This document shows, one piece after another, positions 18,025 through 27,244 of a DNA stretch of 64,000 nucleotides. The stretch is from an uncultured beta proteobacterium. Its GTDB lineage: Bacteria; Pseudomonadota; Gammaproteobacteria; Burkholderiales; SG8-39. The translations under genes were made by a program, and so were the position numbers. Under the pieces are notes generated by a model. That model did not search any database and had not been told where the DNA came from. It saw only the letters and a list, made by a program, of their open reading frames with translations. How positions within the stretch are numbered: the stretch's first letter is position 1; each line of letters starts with the position of its first letter. Location: NCBI GenBank assembly GCA_963754305.1, contig CAVWFR010000026.1:42606-106605 (forward strand), given 5' to 3'.

Positions 18025-18273
18025 CCCGATGACACCGTTCGGTCGCGGCTGCGTTTCGACAACGGCTACGCCGGCTACCTCGAGGTGCTCTATGCGTCGA
18101 ACGAGCTCTTCGCCGCCGAGCTCGCCGCGGTCCAGTCGCAGGTCGAGGATTACTCGCAGCTCGTGAACGTGTACAAGGCGGTCGGCGGCGGCTGGGTGAA
18201 CGAGGCCGACAAGCTCGCGCCGCAGCCGCAGGGCATGGCGGCGCGCGAGCCCCGGGAGCCCGAAGGGAACTGA
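18025..18273 (+). pseudogene. orphan 3'-terminal fragment of an efflux OMF (NodT-family) gene
   Basis: The tail of ORF 17788..18273 reads ..RSRLRFDNGYAGYLEVLYASNELFAAELAAVQSQVEDYSQLVNVYKAVGGGWVNEADKLAP.. . This parallels residues near the C-terminus of the OMF at 7297..8768. Sequence upstream of about 18025 has no OMF similarity. Confidence 0.7.
18042..18225 (+). repeat. direct repeat A, right copy (orphan OMF 3' fragment)
   Basis: See the left copy at 8525..8708. Confidence 0.85.
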
Positions 18274-18314
18274 GCGCGCGGCCGCCGCCGGCGGCCATTT
18301 CAGGGAGGGCCGGA

Positions 18315-19087
18315 ATGGGAATGGATTTCACGCTGCAGGTCGTGCTGTTGGCGGGCGGTATCTTCGCCGCGATGCTGGGCTGCCTGGAGATCGGCCGCCG
18401 GTACGGCGCCCGCCGGAGAGCGCAGGATCCGGAGGGTGCGGGCGCGGGCGTCGTCGACGGGGCGGTGTTCGCGCTGCTCGGCCTGCTGGTGGCCTTCACC
18501 TTCTCCGGGGCCGCGTCGCGCTTCGACGAGCGCCGCAAGCTGATCATCGAGGAGGCCAACGCGATCGGGACGGCGTACCTGCGGCTCGACCTGCTGCCCG
18601 CCGCGGCGCAAGGCGAACTGCGCGCCCGGTTCCGCGACTACCTCGATTCGCGGCTCGCCGTGTATCGCGCGCTGCCCGACCTCGACAAGGCGAAGGCCGA
18701 GCTCGCCCGCGCCAGCCGGCTCCAGCAGGAGATCTGGTCGAAATCGGTCGCGTCCGCGACTGGGTCGCGCCGCCCGCCACCATGCTGCTGTTGCCGGCGC
18801 TCAACGCGATGATCGACATCACGACCACGCGCACCATGGCGGCGGAGATGCACCCGCCGAAGATCATCTTCGGCCTGCTCTTCGGGCTCTCGCTGCTGAG
18901 CGCGCTGCTCGCCGGCTACACAATGGCGAGCGCCAGGGCCCGCGACTGGTTGCGCATGGGCGCGTATGCCTTCACGCTAGCGGGGGCGGTGTACGTGATC
19001 CTCGACATCGAGTATCCCCGGGTCGGCCTGATCCGCGTGGATGCCTTCGATCGCGTGCTGGTCGAACTGCGGGAGAGCATGCGGTAG
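18315..19087 (+). pseudogene. DUF4239-like membrane protein, one frameshift near 18755-18780 (possibly a sequencing error)
   Basis: ORF 18315..18812 (MGMDFTLQVVLLAGGIFAAMLGCLEIGRRYG...RLQQEIWSKSVASA) degenerates into ..RRPPPCCCCRRSTR. ORF 18782..19087 in another frame continues sensibly: (PPAT)MLLLPALNAMIDITTTRTMAAEMHPPKIIFGLLFGLSLL... . The span is 3n+2. The family call comes from memory of the DUF4239 pattern. Confidence 0.55.
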
Positions 19088-19172
19088 GCGCCGCACGGGC
19101 GCGCGTCGGGGCGCTTGGCGCGCGCACCCGGGCACGGGCATACTCCACGTCCGCTGCCATTTCGCCTCCGCG

Positions 19173-20027
19173 ATGACCCCGTTCGAGCTCGCCGAACCAC
19201 GCACGCTGCGCGACGCGCTCGCGCTCCTCGATCCCGACGACGCCACGGTCCGCCCGATCTCCGGCGGTACCGCGGTCATGCTGATGATGAAGGCCGGTGT
19301 GCTGCGGCCGCGGCGGCTCGTCAGCCTGCGCTCGATCGACGGCGGGCTTGCCGGCATCGGCCTCGATGCCGACGGCGGGTTGCGCATCGGCGCGATGACG
19401 CCGCTCGCCGAGCTCGAGCGGTCGGAGACGGTGCGAAAGGGCTGGCCGGTGATCGCGCGGACGCTCCGCACGCTCTCCAACGTGCGCGTCCGCAACGTCG
19501 CGACGATCGGCGGGCACCTCGCGCACGGCGATCCGCACCAGGACCTGCCGCCGGTGCTGAGCGCGCTTGGCGCGCGCGTCGCCGTCGCCGGCCCGAAGGG
19601 CGAGCGCACGGTGCCGGTGGAGCGGCTCGTCACCGGCTACTACGAGACGGTCCTCGCCCGGGACGAGCTGATCACCGCGGTGAGCGTTCCGGCGCTCGGG
19701 AAGAAGCGCGCCGCCTATCTCAAGTGCACCACGCGCTCGGCCGACGACTGGCCGGCGCTCGGGATGGCGGTCGCGCTGGAAACCGAAGGCGACGCGATCC
19801 GGACGGCGAGCATCGTCATCGGCGCGGCGACCGACAAACCGACCCGGCTCCTCGCGGCCGAGAGCGCGCTCCGCGGCGCGCGCGCCGACGAGGCGACGCT
19901 CGCGCGGGCGGGCGACGCGGCGGCCGACGAGCTCGCGATCGTCGGCGATACGCGCGGTTCGGCGGGCTACAAGAAGCAGCTCGCCCGCGTCTACCTCCGG
20001 CGCGCGGTGCGCGCCGCACTCGGATAG
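19173..20027 (+). CDS. xanthine dehydrogenase family FAD-binding subunit (CoxM-like)
   Basis: ATG at 19173 inside ORF 19041..20027: MTPFELAEPRTLRDALALLDPDDATVRPISGGTAVMLMMK.., ..NVATIGGHLAHGDPHQDLPP.., and the C-terminal ..GSAGYKKQLARVYLRRAV.. typical of medium subunits. Confidence 0.85.
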   Translation: MTPFELAEPRTLRDALALLDPDDATVRPISGGTAVMLMMKAGVLRPRRLVSLRSIDGGLAGIGLDADGGLRIGAMTPLAELERSETVRKGWPVIARTLRTLSNVRVRNVATIGGHLAHGDPHQDLPPVLSALGARVAVAGPKGERTVPVERLVTGYYETVLARDELITAVSVPALGKKRAAYLKCTTRSADDWPALGMAVALETEGDAIRTASIVIGAATDKPTRLLAAESALRGARADEATLARAGDAAADELAIVGDTRGSAGYKKQLARVYLRRAVRAALG

Positions 20028-20040
20028 CGACCGGTCCGAG

Positions 20041-22338
20041 ATGAAACGCGCCAGCACACCCACCGAAACGCCGCAGGTCGGCCGCTCGATCCCGCGCCTC
20101 GAGGCGTGGCAGAAGGTCACCGGTCGCGCCGAGTACGTCCACAACCTGCGGCTGCCGGGGATGCTGTACGGCAAGATCTTCCGCAGCACCGTGCCGCACG
20201 GGCGAATCCGGCGCATCGACGTCGGCGCCGCGCAGGCCGTCGGCGGCGTGTACCGGGTGGTCACCGCCGACGACGTCCGCACCATCGTCCCCGAACCGTA
20301 CTACGGCCCGGCCTTCCACGACCAGCCGATTTTGGCGATCGACAAGGTGCGCTACATCGGCGAGCCGGTCGCGATCGTGCTCGCCTCCGATCCGCACGTC
20401 GCGGAGGAGGCGGCGCACCTCATCGTCGCCGAGTACGAGGAGCTGCCCGCGGTCTACGACGAGATCGAGGCGATGACGTCGAAGGCGATCGTGCACGACG
20501 TGCTCAAGCCGGCGGGCACCTTCCCCGACCTGAAGCACCTCAAGGGCCGGGCGAACACCAACGTCGCGCTCGACTACCACCTGCGCCGCGGCGATGCCGA
20601 GGGCGCATTCGCGGCGGCCGACCGGGTCTTCGAGCACACTTTCCGGACGCAGCAGGTGATGCACACGCCGCTCGAGCCGCTCGTCTCGGTCGCCGAGTCG
20701 CGGGAGGACTCGCTCACCATCCACACCGCGTCGCAGAGCCCGTCGTTCGTGCGGATCGAGATCGCGCGCCTCCTCGGCTGGCCCGAGAACCGCATCCGCG
20801 TGCGCGCGCCGTTCCTCGGCGGCGGCTTTGGCGCGAAGCTCTACATCAAGCTCGAGGCGCTGGTCGCGGTGCTCGCGCTACTCACCCGCCGGCCGGTGAA
20901 GGTGTCGCTCACTATGGAGGAGCAGTTCTTCACCATCACCAAGCACGCGACGACCTTCAGGATCCGCAGCGGCGTGACGAACGACGGGCGCATCACTGCG
21001 CGGCAGTGCGAGGTGTGGTGGAACGGCGGGGCCTACGCCGACATCGGCCCGCGGGTGACGCAGAAGTCGGGCTTTACCGCGCCAGGGCCGTACGACATCG
21101 AGCACGTGGCGATCGATTCGTACGCCCTCTATACGAACCTGCCGCCGGCCGGCGCGCTGCGCGGCTTCGGCATTCCGCAGCTCGTCTGGGCCTACGAGAG
21201 CCACACCGACATGATCGCGCGCGAGCTGAAGCTCGACCCGCTCGCGTTCCGCCGCAAGAACCTGCTGCGCGACGGCCGCCCGCAGGCGACCGGCACCGTC
21301 ATGCAGGACGCGGCGCTTGGCAAGGTGCTCGACCGGATCGAGGTGCTCATGGACTGGGAGCGGCCGCTCGAGCGCGGCAGCGGACCGGTCCGCCGCGGCC
21401 GCGGGATCGCGATCGGCTTCAAGGCCTGCGTCGCGCCGACGACCTCGGTCGCGATGGTGACCCTCAACGCCGACGGGAGCTGCATCGTCTACTCGGGCAC
21501 GGTGGACATGGGTCAGGGCTCCGACACCGCGATGGCGCAGATCGCCGGCGAAGTGCTGCACCTGCCCGCCGAGTCGGTGACGGTGGTGCACTCCGACACC
21601 GACGTGACGCCGTACGACATGGCGACGCTCGGGTCGCGGTCGCTGTTCCACATGGGCAATGCGGTCAGGCTCGCCGCCGAGGACGCGCGCGCGAAGCTGC
21701 AGGCACTCGCCACCGAGGCCGGATTGCCGGCCGACGCGGACGTGCCGATCGGCGACATCTTCCGCCAGCGCTACGGCATGCAGGCCGGGAACGTGATCGG
21801 GACGGCGAGCTTCATCCCGAGCTATACCTCCCCTGACTATGCCACCGGGCTCACGCCGAACGCGACGCCGTTCTGGATGGTCGGCGGCGCGGGCGTCGAG
21901 GTGGAGGTGGACACCGAGACCGGCCACGTGCGCATCGCCCGGCTCGTGAACGTGGTCGACGCCGGCACGCCGATCAATCCGAAGATCGTCGCGACCCAGA
22001 TTTCCGGCGCGGCGATCATGCAGCTCGGCTTCACGCTGTTCGAGAAGATGGATTTCGACGCCGGGCAGCTCCGCAACGCGTCGCTCGCGGAGTACAAGAT
22101 CCCCGGCTTTCACGACCTGCCGCGCGAGATGGTGAGCGAGGCGGTCGACGCCGAGCAGCGCACCGGCCCCTTCGGCGCCAAGGGCGTCGGCGAGAGCGGC
22201 ACGTTCGGTGTCTCGCCCGCGATCGCCAACGCGATCGAGGACGCGGTCGGCGTCCGCCTCACATCGCTCCCGCTCACCGCGGAGGCGATCTATCGTGCAT
22301 TGCGCGCCGCGGAAGGCTCGCCGCTGGAGGACGACTGA
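20041..22338 (+). CDS. xanthine dehydrogenase family molybdopterin-binding large subunit (CoxL-like; not a true CO dehydrogenase)
   Basis: Intact 765-aa ORF with aldehyde-oxidase/XDH a/b-hammerhead and Mo-binding motifs (..KVTGRAEYVHNLRLPGMLYGKIFRS.., ..GGGFGAKL.., ..GALRGFGIPQ.., ..GAKGVGESG..). I did not see the CODH active-site AYxCSFR loop. Confidence 0.9.
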   Translation: MKRASTPTETPQVGRSIPRLEAWQKVTGRAEYVHNLRLPGMLYGKIFRSTVPHGRIRRIDVGAAQAVGGVYRVVTADDVRTIVPEPYYGPAFHDQPILAIDKVRYIGEPVAIVLASDPHVAEEAAHLIVAEYEELPAVYDEIEAMTSKAIVHDVLKPAGTFPDLKHLKGRANTNVALDYHLRRGDAEGAFAAADRVFEHTFRTQQVMHTPLEPLVSVAESREDSLTIHTASQSPSFVRIEIARLLGWPENRIRVRAPFLGGGFGAKLYIKLEALVAVLALLTRRPVKVSLTMEEQFFTITKHATTFRIRSGVTNDGRITARQCEVWWNGGAYADIGPRVTQKSGFTAPGPYDIEHVAIDSYALYTNLPPAGALRGFGIPQLVWAYESHTDMIARELKLDPLAFRRKNLLRDGRPQATGTVMQDAALGKVLDRIEVLMDWERPLERGSGPVRRGRGIAIGFKACVAPTTSVAMVTLNADGSCIVYSGTVDMGQGSDTAMAQIAGEVLHLPAESVTVVHSDTDVTPYDMATLGSRSLFHMGNAVRLAAEDARAKLQALATEAGLPADADVPIGDIFRQRYGMQAGNVIGTASFIPSYTSPDYATGLTPNATPFWMVGGAGVEVEVDTETGHVRIARLVNVVDAGTPINPKIVATQISGAAIMQLGFTLFEKMDFDAGQLRNASLAEYKIPGFHDLPREMVSEAVDAEQRTGPFGAKGVGESGTFGVSPAIANAIEDAVGVRLTSLPLTAEAIYRALRAAEGSPLEDD

Positions 22339-22438
22339 AATGAAACCGACGCCGCAGGCGGCGCCTTCGTGGCGTCGGGGAGCACGAGGGGGCGCCGCGA
22401 AGCGGCCTGCCCCTTCGTATCGTGAGGAACTGAAATGA
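22334..22438 (+). repeat. 95-bp intercistronic segment flanked by the 10-bp direct repeat ACTGAAATGA
   Basis: ACTGAAATGA occurs at 22334-22343 (spanning the large-subunit stop) and again at 22429-22438 (spanning the small-subunit start). The enclosed sequence has an 8-bp inverted repeat, CCGACGCC (22346-22353) and GGCGTCGG (22371-22378). Confidence 0.7.
22340..22438 (+). other. 32-codon bridging mini-ORF between the large and small subunit genes (coding status doubtful)
   Basis: The ATG at 22340 lies 2 nt after the large-subunit stop (TGAaATG). The ORF reads MKPTPQAAPSWRRGARGGAAKRPAPSYREELK. Its TGA (22436-22438) overlaps the small-subunit ATG (22435) as ATGA. It lies inside a 95-bp segment flanked by a 10-bp direct repeat. 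Confidence 0.2.
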
Positions 22439-22929
22439 GCGTAGCCGACCGGACGATCCGCTTCCGCTTGAACGGCGAGGCGGTGTCGGCGAAGATCGCC
22501 GCGCACGAGAATCTGGTCGAGGTGCTGCAGGGACAGTTCGGTCTCGGCGGCGCACGCGAGAGCTGCGGGCAGGGGCTGTGCGGCTGCTGCACGGTGCTCG
22601 TCGACGGGACGGCGGTGTCGGGCTGCCTCTACCTCGCCGCATTCGCCGACGGCGCGGACGTGTCGACGGTCGAGCGGCACGCGCCGGGTGCAGCGCTGGA
22701 CGCGGTGCAGGAAGCCTTCATCGAAGCGGGTGCCTTCCAGTGCGGCTTCTGCACGCCGGGGTTCGTGCTGATGACCCGCCAGCTGCTCGCCGCGCATCCC
22801 GACCCCGACGACGACGAGATCCGGCACTATCTTTCCGGCAACCTCTGCCGGTGCGCCGCGTATCCCGAGATCATCGAAGCGGTGAAGCTCGCGGCGCGCA
22901 AAGCGAAGCCGGAACCCGGTGTCCTGTAG
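22435..22929 (+). CDS. (2Fe-2S)-binding small subunit of the XDH-family enzyme (CoxS-like)
   Basis: 164-aa ORF with both cluster motifs: ..CGQGLCGCCTV.. and ..GAFQCGFCTPG..CRCAAYPEI.. . Confidence 0.9.
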   Translation: MSVADRTIRFRLNGEAVSAKIAAHENLVEVLQGQFGLGGARESCGQGLCGCCTVLVDGTAVSGCLYLAAFADGADVSTVERHAPGAALDAVQEAFIEAGAFQCGFCTPGFVLMTRQLLAAHPDPDDDEIRHYLSGNLCRCAAYPEIIEAVKLAARKAKPEPGVL

Positions 22930-22954
22930 CAACATCGTCGTAGGAGGAACGTTC

Positions 22955-23917
22955 ATGCGCCTGCTCAACCTGGTCGTGTCCGCGCTCGTCCTGCTTGCGG
23001 CGTCCGGCGCCGGCGCACAGGACTACCCGTCGAAGCCGATCCGGATCCTGGTGCCGTTCGCGCCTGGCGGCGCGGTCGACACCACTGCCCGGATCCTCAC
23101 CACCAAGATGACCGAGCGTCTCGGCTGGCAGTTCGTCGTCGACAACCGGCCCGGCGGCAACGGCTTCATCGCCACGTCGGCAGCGGCGAAGGCCGCGCCG
23201 GACGGCTACACGCTGTTGATGGCTCATACCGGCGAGTTCGCGGTCAACCCGGCGTTGTTCAAGGACGTTCCGTACGATCTCGACCGCGATTTCGTCGCCA
23301 TCACGATGGTGAGCGACGGGCCGATGCTCTATCTCGCGAACAGCCAGGCGCCATTCAGCAACCTGCAGGAGCTCGTCGCGGCGGCGAAGGCAAAGCCCGG
23401 TTCGATCAGCTACTCCTCCGCCGGCAACGGGAGCATCAACCACCTCGCCGGAGAGTGGCTGGCGCTCGCGGCGGGGATCAAGCTCTTGCACGTGCCCTAC
23501 AAAGGCGGCGCGCCGGCGGCGACTGCGGTCGCGGCGGGCGACGTCCAGTTCGGGGTCATCGCCGTCCCCGGCGCGACGCCGCACCTGAAGTCGGGGCGCG
23601 CCAAGGTCGCGGGGGTCACCACCGCGAAGAAGTCGGCGCTCGATCCATCGTGGAGCACGCCGCGCGATGCCGGCCTCGACGTGGATGCTTCGATCTGGTC
23701 GGGGCTGTTCGCGCCGAAGGGCACTCCGCAGCCGATCATCGACCGGCTGAACGCCGAGGTCCGGAAGACGCTCGAGCTGCCGGACGTCCGCTCGCGGCTC
23801 GCGGACGCCGGGTTCGAGGCCGTCGGGATGTCGCAGGCCGAGTTCGTCGCCCGGATCAAGCGGGATCTCGACCGCTACCGCGACGTCGTGAAGGCGGCGG
23901 GGGTCAAGGCCGAGTGA
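22955..23917 (+). CDS. Bug-family (TctC-like) tripartite tricarboxylate transporter substrate-binding protein
   Basis: ATG at 22955 (AGGAGG 7 nt upstream) inside ORF 22919..23917. Signal MRLLNLVVSALVLLAASGAGA followed by the Bug hallmark QDYPSKPIRILVPFAPGGAVDTTARIL. Confidence 0.9.
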   Translation: MRLLNLVVSALVLLAASGAGAQDYPSKPIRILVPFAPGGAVDTTARILTTKMTERLGWQFVVDNRPGGNGFIATSAAAKAAPDGYTLLMAHTGEFAVNPALFKDVPYDLDRDFVAITMVSDGPMLYLANSQAPFSNLQELVAAAKAKPGSISYSSAGNGSINHLAGEWLALAAGIKLLHVPYKGGAPAATAVAAGDVQFGVIAVPGATPHLKSGRAKVAGVTTAKKSALDPSWSTPRDAGLDVDASIWSGLFAPKGTPQPIIDRLNAEVRKTLELPDVRSRLADAGFEAVGMSQAEFVARIKRDLDRYRDVVKAAGVKAE

Positions 23918-25266
23918 GGCGGAATACCCCGGCGCCGGGCGCTGCCGGGCCGGACGGTGTCACGGCCGCGATCCGCGGGCCGGTGCTCACGTACACCGGC
24001 GATCCGTTCCAGTTGGGGCTCCGGCGCACCCTCGTCTACGAGCCCGACGCCATCGTCGCGATGGCGGACGGCTCGGTCACCCATTTCGGCCCTGCAAGCA
24101 AGCTCCGCCCGCTTCTGCCGCGTCGCACGCCGATCGAGACGTACGGCCGGCACTCGCTCATCATGGCAGGGTTCGTGGACTGCCACGTCCACTATCCGCA
24201 GACGCGGATCGTCGGCGCCTACGGTGCGCAGCTCATCGACTGGCTCGAGAAGTACGCGTATGTCGCCGAGCAGGCGTTCGCCGACGACCGCCACGCACGG
24301 GCGGCGGCGCGGGTGTATCTCGCGGAGAACCTGCGCAACGGCATCACCACCGCGGCGGTGTTCTGCACGGTGCACCCGCAGTCGGTCGACGCGCTCTTCA
24401 GCGAAGCGGCGAAGCTCGATCTGCGCCTGATCGCGGGCAAGGTGCTGATGGATCGCAACGCGCCCGCGCGGCTACGGGACACGGCGCAGCGGGGCTACGA
24501 CGAGTCGAAGGCGCTGATCCGGCGGTGGCACGGCCGCGGGCGCGGGCTCTACGCGATCACGCCGCGTTTCGCCCCGGCCAGCACGCGCGCGCAGATGGAA
24601 GCGACGGGCGCGCTGTGGCGCGAGTCGCCCGGCGCCTACCTGCAATCGCACGTCGCCGAGAACCGCCGCGAGGTAGAGTGGGCGAAGGCGCTCTTTCCCG
24701 AATGCAGAAACTACCTCGACATCTACGATCGCTACGGCCACCTCGGGCCGCGCGCGATCTACGGCCACGGCATCTGGCTCACCGAAGCGGAGCTTGCGCG
24801 CTGCCACGAGTCGGGCACCGCGATCGCACATTGCCCCACATCGAATTTCTTTCTCGGCAGCGGCTGTCTGGATCTCGGCCGGACCGCGCGCAGCGACCGC
24901 CCGGTAAGAGTCGGTCTCGCGACCGATATCGGCGGCGGCACCTCGTTCTCGATCCTGCGGACCATGGGCGAAGCCTACAAGGCGGCGCAGGCGAACCGCT
25001 ACTCGCTCTCGGCGGGGCACGCCTACTATCTCGCGACCCGCGGGTCGGCGCACGCGCTCTACCTGGATGACCGGGTCGGCAGCATTGCACCGGGGATGGA
25101 GGCGGATCTCGTCGTCCTCGATCTCGCGTCGACGACGCTCATCGAGCACCGGATGAAGCACGCCAAGGATCTCGACGAGGCGCTGTTCATCCAGATGACG
25201 CTCGGCGACGACCGGGCGGTGCAGGCAACCTACGTCGCGGGGAAGCGCGTTTATCGACGCGGCTGA
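23914..25266 (+). CDS. guaD: guanine deaminase
   Basis: In-frame GTG at 23914 overlaps the Bug stop (GTGA); the exact start is uncertain. Amidohydrolase motifs typical of guanine deaminase: ..GFVDCHVHYPQT.., ..HVAENRREVEW.., ..AHCPTSNFFLGSG.., ..GLATDIGGGTSF.. . Confidence 0.85.
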   Translation: MRRNTPAPGAAGPDGVTAAIRGPVLTYTGDPFQLGLRRTLVYEPDAIVAMADGSVTHFGPASKLRPLLPRRTPIETYGRHSLIMAGFVDCHVHYPQTRIVGAYGAQLIDWLEKYAYVAEQAFADDRHARAAARVYLAENLRNGITTAAVFCTVHPQSVDALFSEAAKLDLRLIAGKVLMDRNAPARLRDTAQRGYDESKALIRRWHGRGRGLYAITPRFAPASTRAQMEATGALWRESPGAYLQSHVAENRREVEWAKALFPECRNYLDIYDRYGHLGPRAIYGHGIWLTEAELARCHESGTAIAHCPTSNFFLGSGCLDLGRTARSDRPVRVGLATDIGGGTSFSILRTMGEAYKAAQANRYSLSAGHAYYLATRGSAHALYLDDRVGSIAPGMEADLVVLDLASTTLIEHRMKHAKDLDEALFIQMTLGDDRAVQATYVAGKRVYRRG

Positions 25267-25286
25267 TTCCCGCGCGCGGCCCTCGC

Positions 25287-26708
25287 TCAGAGCAGCGAAT
25301 CGGCGAGCCGCGCCGTGTTCTGCGCGACCTTCGCGCCAAGCCGGCGGTTTGCCCAGCTCGCCGCCTCGAGCGTCCGGCTCGAGGCCAGATAGCGCGCCTG
25401 GATCGCCTCGAGCCGCCGCACGACGCGCTCGTCGTAGGCGAGCAGGCTCACCTCGCAGTTGAGCGCGAACGAGCGGATGTCGATGTTGGTCGAGCCGACG
25501 AGCGCGATCGAGCGGTCGACCGTCATGTGCTTCGCGTGCAGGAAGCGCGGCTCGTACAGGTGGATCGCGACGCCCGCCTCGAGCAGCTGCTCGTAGTACG
25601 ACTCCTGTGCGAGCTGGGTCAGCCGCTGGTTCGAATGCGCCGACACGATGAGCCGCGTCTCGACGCCACGCACGGCGGCCGTAGCCAGCGCTTGGAGAAA
25701 AGAGTTGTCGGGGACGAAGTAAGGCGTCGTGATCGCGACGCGCTCGCGCGCGGCGTGGATCAGCGAGACGAGCAGCGCCTGGCCGTTCTCGCGCCCGTAG
25801 CCCGGCCCGCTCGGAAGGAGCTGCGCCGGGGTGTCGCCGGCCGGCGCGACTTGCGGGAAGTGGCGCTCGTCGTGTGCGACATGACCGGTCTCGAAGTAGC
25901 GATCGCCGAGGATCACGGCCTGCAGCTGCGCGACGACCGGCCCCGTAACGCGCGCGACGAGCTCCTCGTTCGGGCAATCGGGAATGAACTCGGGCGCCAC
26001 GATGTTCTGTGACCCGACATAGCCCAGCGCCCCGTCGATCACGGCGAGCTTGCGGTGGTTGCGCAGATCGAAGCGCGCGGCGCCCCGGCGGAGAAGTCCG
26101 ACGGGCAGCAGCGGGACCACTTCGACGCCCGCAGCGCGCATCGCCGGCCCGAGGCGCGCGAGCCCGCGCTTCGCCCCGATGGCATCGGCGAGCACCAGAC
26201 AGGTTGCGCCGCGCTTGCGCGCGCGGGTCACCGCATCGGCCACCCGCCGGCCGATCGCGTCGTCCTCGAAGATGTAGTAGGCGAGATGGACGTGATCGCG
26301 CGCAGAGTCGATGTCCGCGACAAGGCGGTCGATGGAGTCTTCGTAGTCTTCGAGCAGCTCGACCGCGTTCCCGCCCCAGGTCTCGAAATCGCCGAGCCGC
26401 TCGGCAAGGTCGGCCGCGCGCGCCGCGAGCGGCTCGAGCGGCGGGGGTTCGATCGGACGATCGGCGCGCATCTCCGCCTGGGCCTCGCGAATGTACCGCG
26501 AGGCGCGCGCCTGCTCTTCGATCCGCCGCTGCGGATAATAGATCCGGCCGAACACCCAGTACACGAGCAGACCGACGACCGGCAGGAAGAAGACGAGCAG
26601 CAGCCAGGTACGAGCGGCGGCGGCGGTCCGCCGCTGCGGCACGTAGACGAGCATCGCGATACGGATCACCCATTCGCCGGCGTAGTAGAGCGCGCCCCAG
26701 CTCAGCAT
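25287..26708 (-). CDS. cls: cardiolipin synthase
   Basis: 473-aa ORF. Two N-terminal TM helices (..[11 protein letters not shown].., ..[20 protein letters not shown]..). Two PLD HKD motifs (..[19 protein letters not shown].. and ..[21 protein letters not shown]..). Confidence 0.9.
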   Translation of the reverse strand: MLSWGALYYAGEWVIRIAMLVYVPQRRTAAAARTWLLLVFFLPVVGLLVYWVFGRIYYPQRRIEEQARASRYIREAQAEMRADRPIEPPPLEPLAARAADLAERLGDFETWGGNAVELLEDYEDSIDRLVADIDSARDHVHLAYYIFEDDAIGRRVADAVTRARKRGATCLVLADAIGAKRGLARLGPAMRAAGVEVVPLLPVGLLRRGAARFDLRNHRKLAVIDGALGYVGSQNIVAPEFIPDCPNEELVARVTGPVVAQLQAVILGDRYFETGHVAHDERHFPQVAPAGDTPAQLLPSGPGYGRENGQALLVSLIHAARERVAITTPYFVPDNSFLQALATAAVRGVETRLIVSAHSNQRLTQLAQESYYEQLLEAGVAIHLYEPRFLHAKHMTVDRSIALVGSTNIDIRSFALNCEVSLLAYDERVVRRLEAIQARYLASSRTLEAASWANRRLGAKVAQNTARLADSLL

Positions 26709-26770
26709 CGTCCTCCCTTCGTCGCGGACGGTACACTTGGCGCCATTCTCGCATCGAGGCGCGCAAGCGA

Positions 26771-27244
26771 ATGAGCTCCAGACCGTTCATGATCCTCGGC
26801 ATCCAGCAGATCGCCATCGGCGGCCTCGACAAGGCGCGCCTCCGGCGGCTGTGGGTCGATACGCTCGGCCTCGCGCCTGCCGGCAACTACCGCAGCGAGC
26901 GCGAGAACGTCGACGAGGACATCCTCGTCCTCGGCGCCGGGCCCACGAAGGTCGAGGTCGACCTCATGCAGCCGCTCGACCCGGCGCAGCGGCCCGCGGT
27001 GCACGAGCCCCCGCTGAATCACGTCGGCCTGTGGGTCGACGACCTCGCGGCGGCGGTAGCGTGGCTGACCGCGCAGGGGACGCGGTTCGCGCCGGGCGGC
27101 ATCCGCAAGGGCGCTGCCGGCCACGACGTGTGCTTCATCCACCCGAAGGGGAACGACGAGTTTCCGATCGGCGGCGAGGGCGTGCTGATCGAATTGGTCC
27201 AGGCGCCGCCCGACATCGTCGCGGCGCTCGCGCCGGAGGACTGA
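26771..27244 (+). CDS. VOC (glyoxalase/bleomycin-resistance/dioxygenase) family protein; candidate methylmalonyl-CoA epimerase-like
   Basis: ATG at 26771 inside ORF 26009..27244. About 157 aa with paired beta-alpha-beta-beta-beta modules (..[17 protein letters not shown].., ..[22 protein letters not shown].., ..GVLIELVQ). The epimerase idea is inference from the nearby pcc/mcm genes only. Confidence 0.6.
   Translation: MSSRPFMILGIQQIAIGGLDKARLRRLWVDTLGLAPAGNYRSERENVDEDILVLGAGPTKVEVDLMQPLDPAQRPAVHEPPLNHVGLWVDDLAAAVAWLTAQGTRFAPGGIRKGAAGHDVCFIHPKGNDEFPIGGEGVLIELVQAPPDIVAALAPED

Noticed and set aside
8769-18040. Integrase, transposase, relaxase or phage genes that would explain the bracketed insertions
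   Set aside because: I read all listed ORFs in this interval. Every substantial one is accounted for by AsmA-like, DUF900, DUF4105 or MscS sequence, or is a low-complexity shadow. I saw no recombinase motifs, so no mobile_element feature is called.
19173-22929. Calling the M-L-S enzyme an aerobic carbon monoxide dehydrogenase
   Set aside because: The large subunit lacks the AYxCSFR active-site loop as far as I can read, and no coxDEF-type accessory genes are nearby. I kept the generic XDH-family call.
24472-26886. 804-aa minus-strand ORF
   Set aside because: It runs antisense to guanine deaminase and out of frame with cls. It is Arg/Ala/Pro-rich with no domain features.
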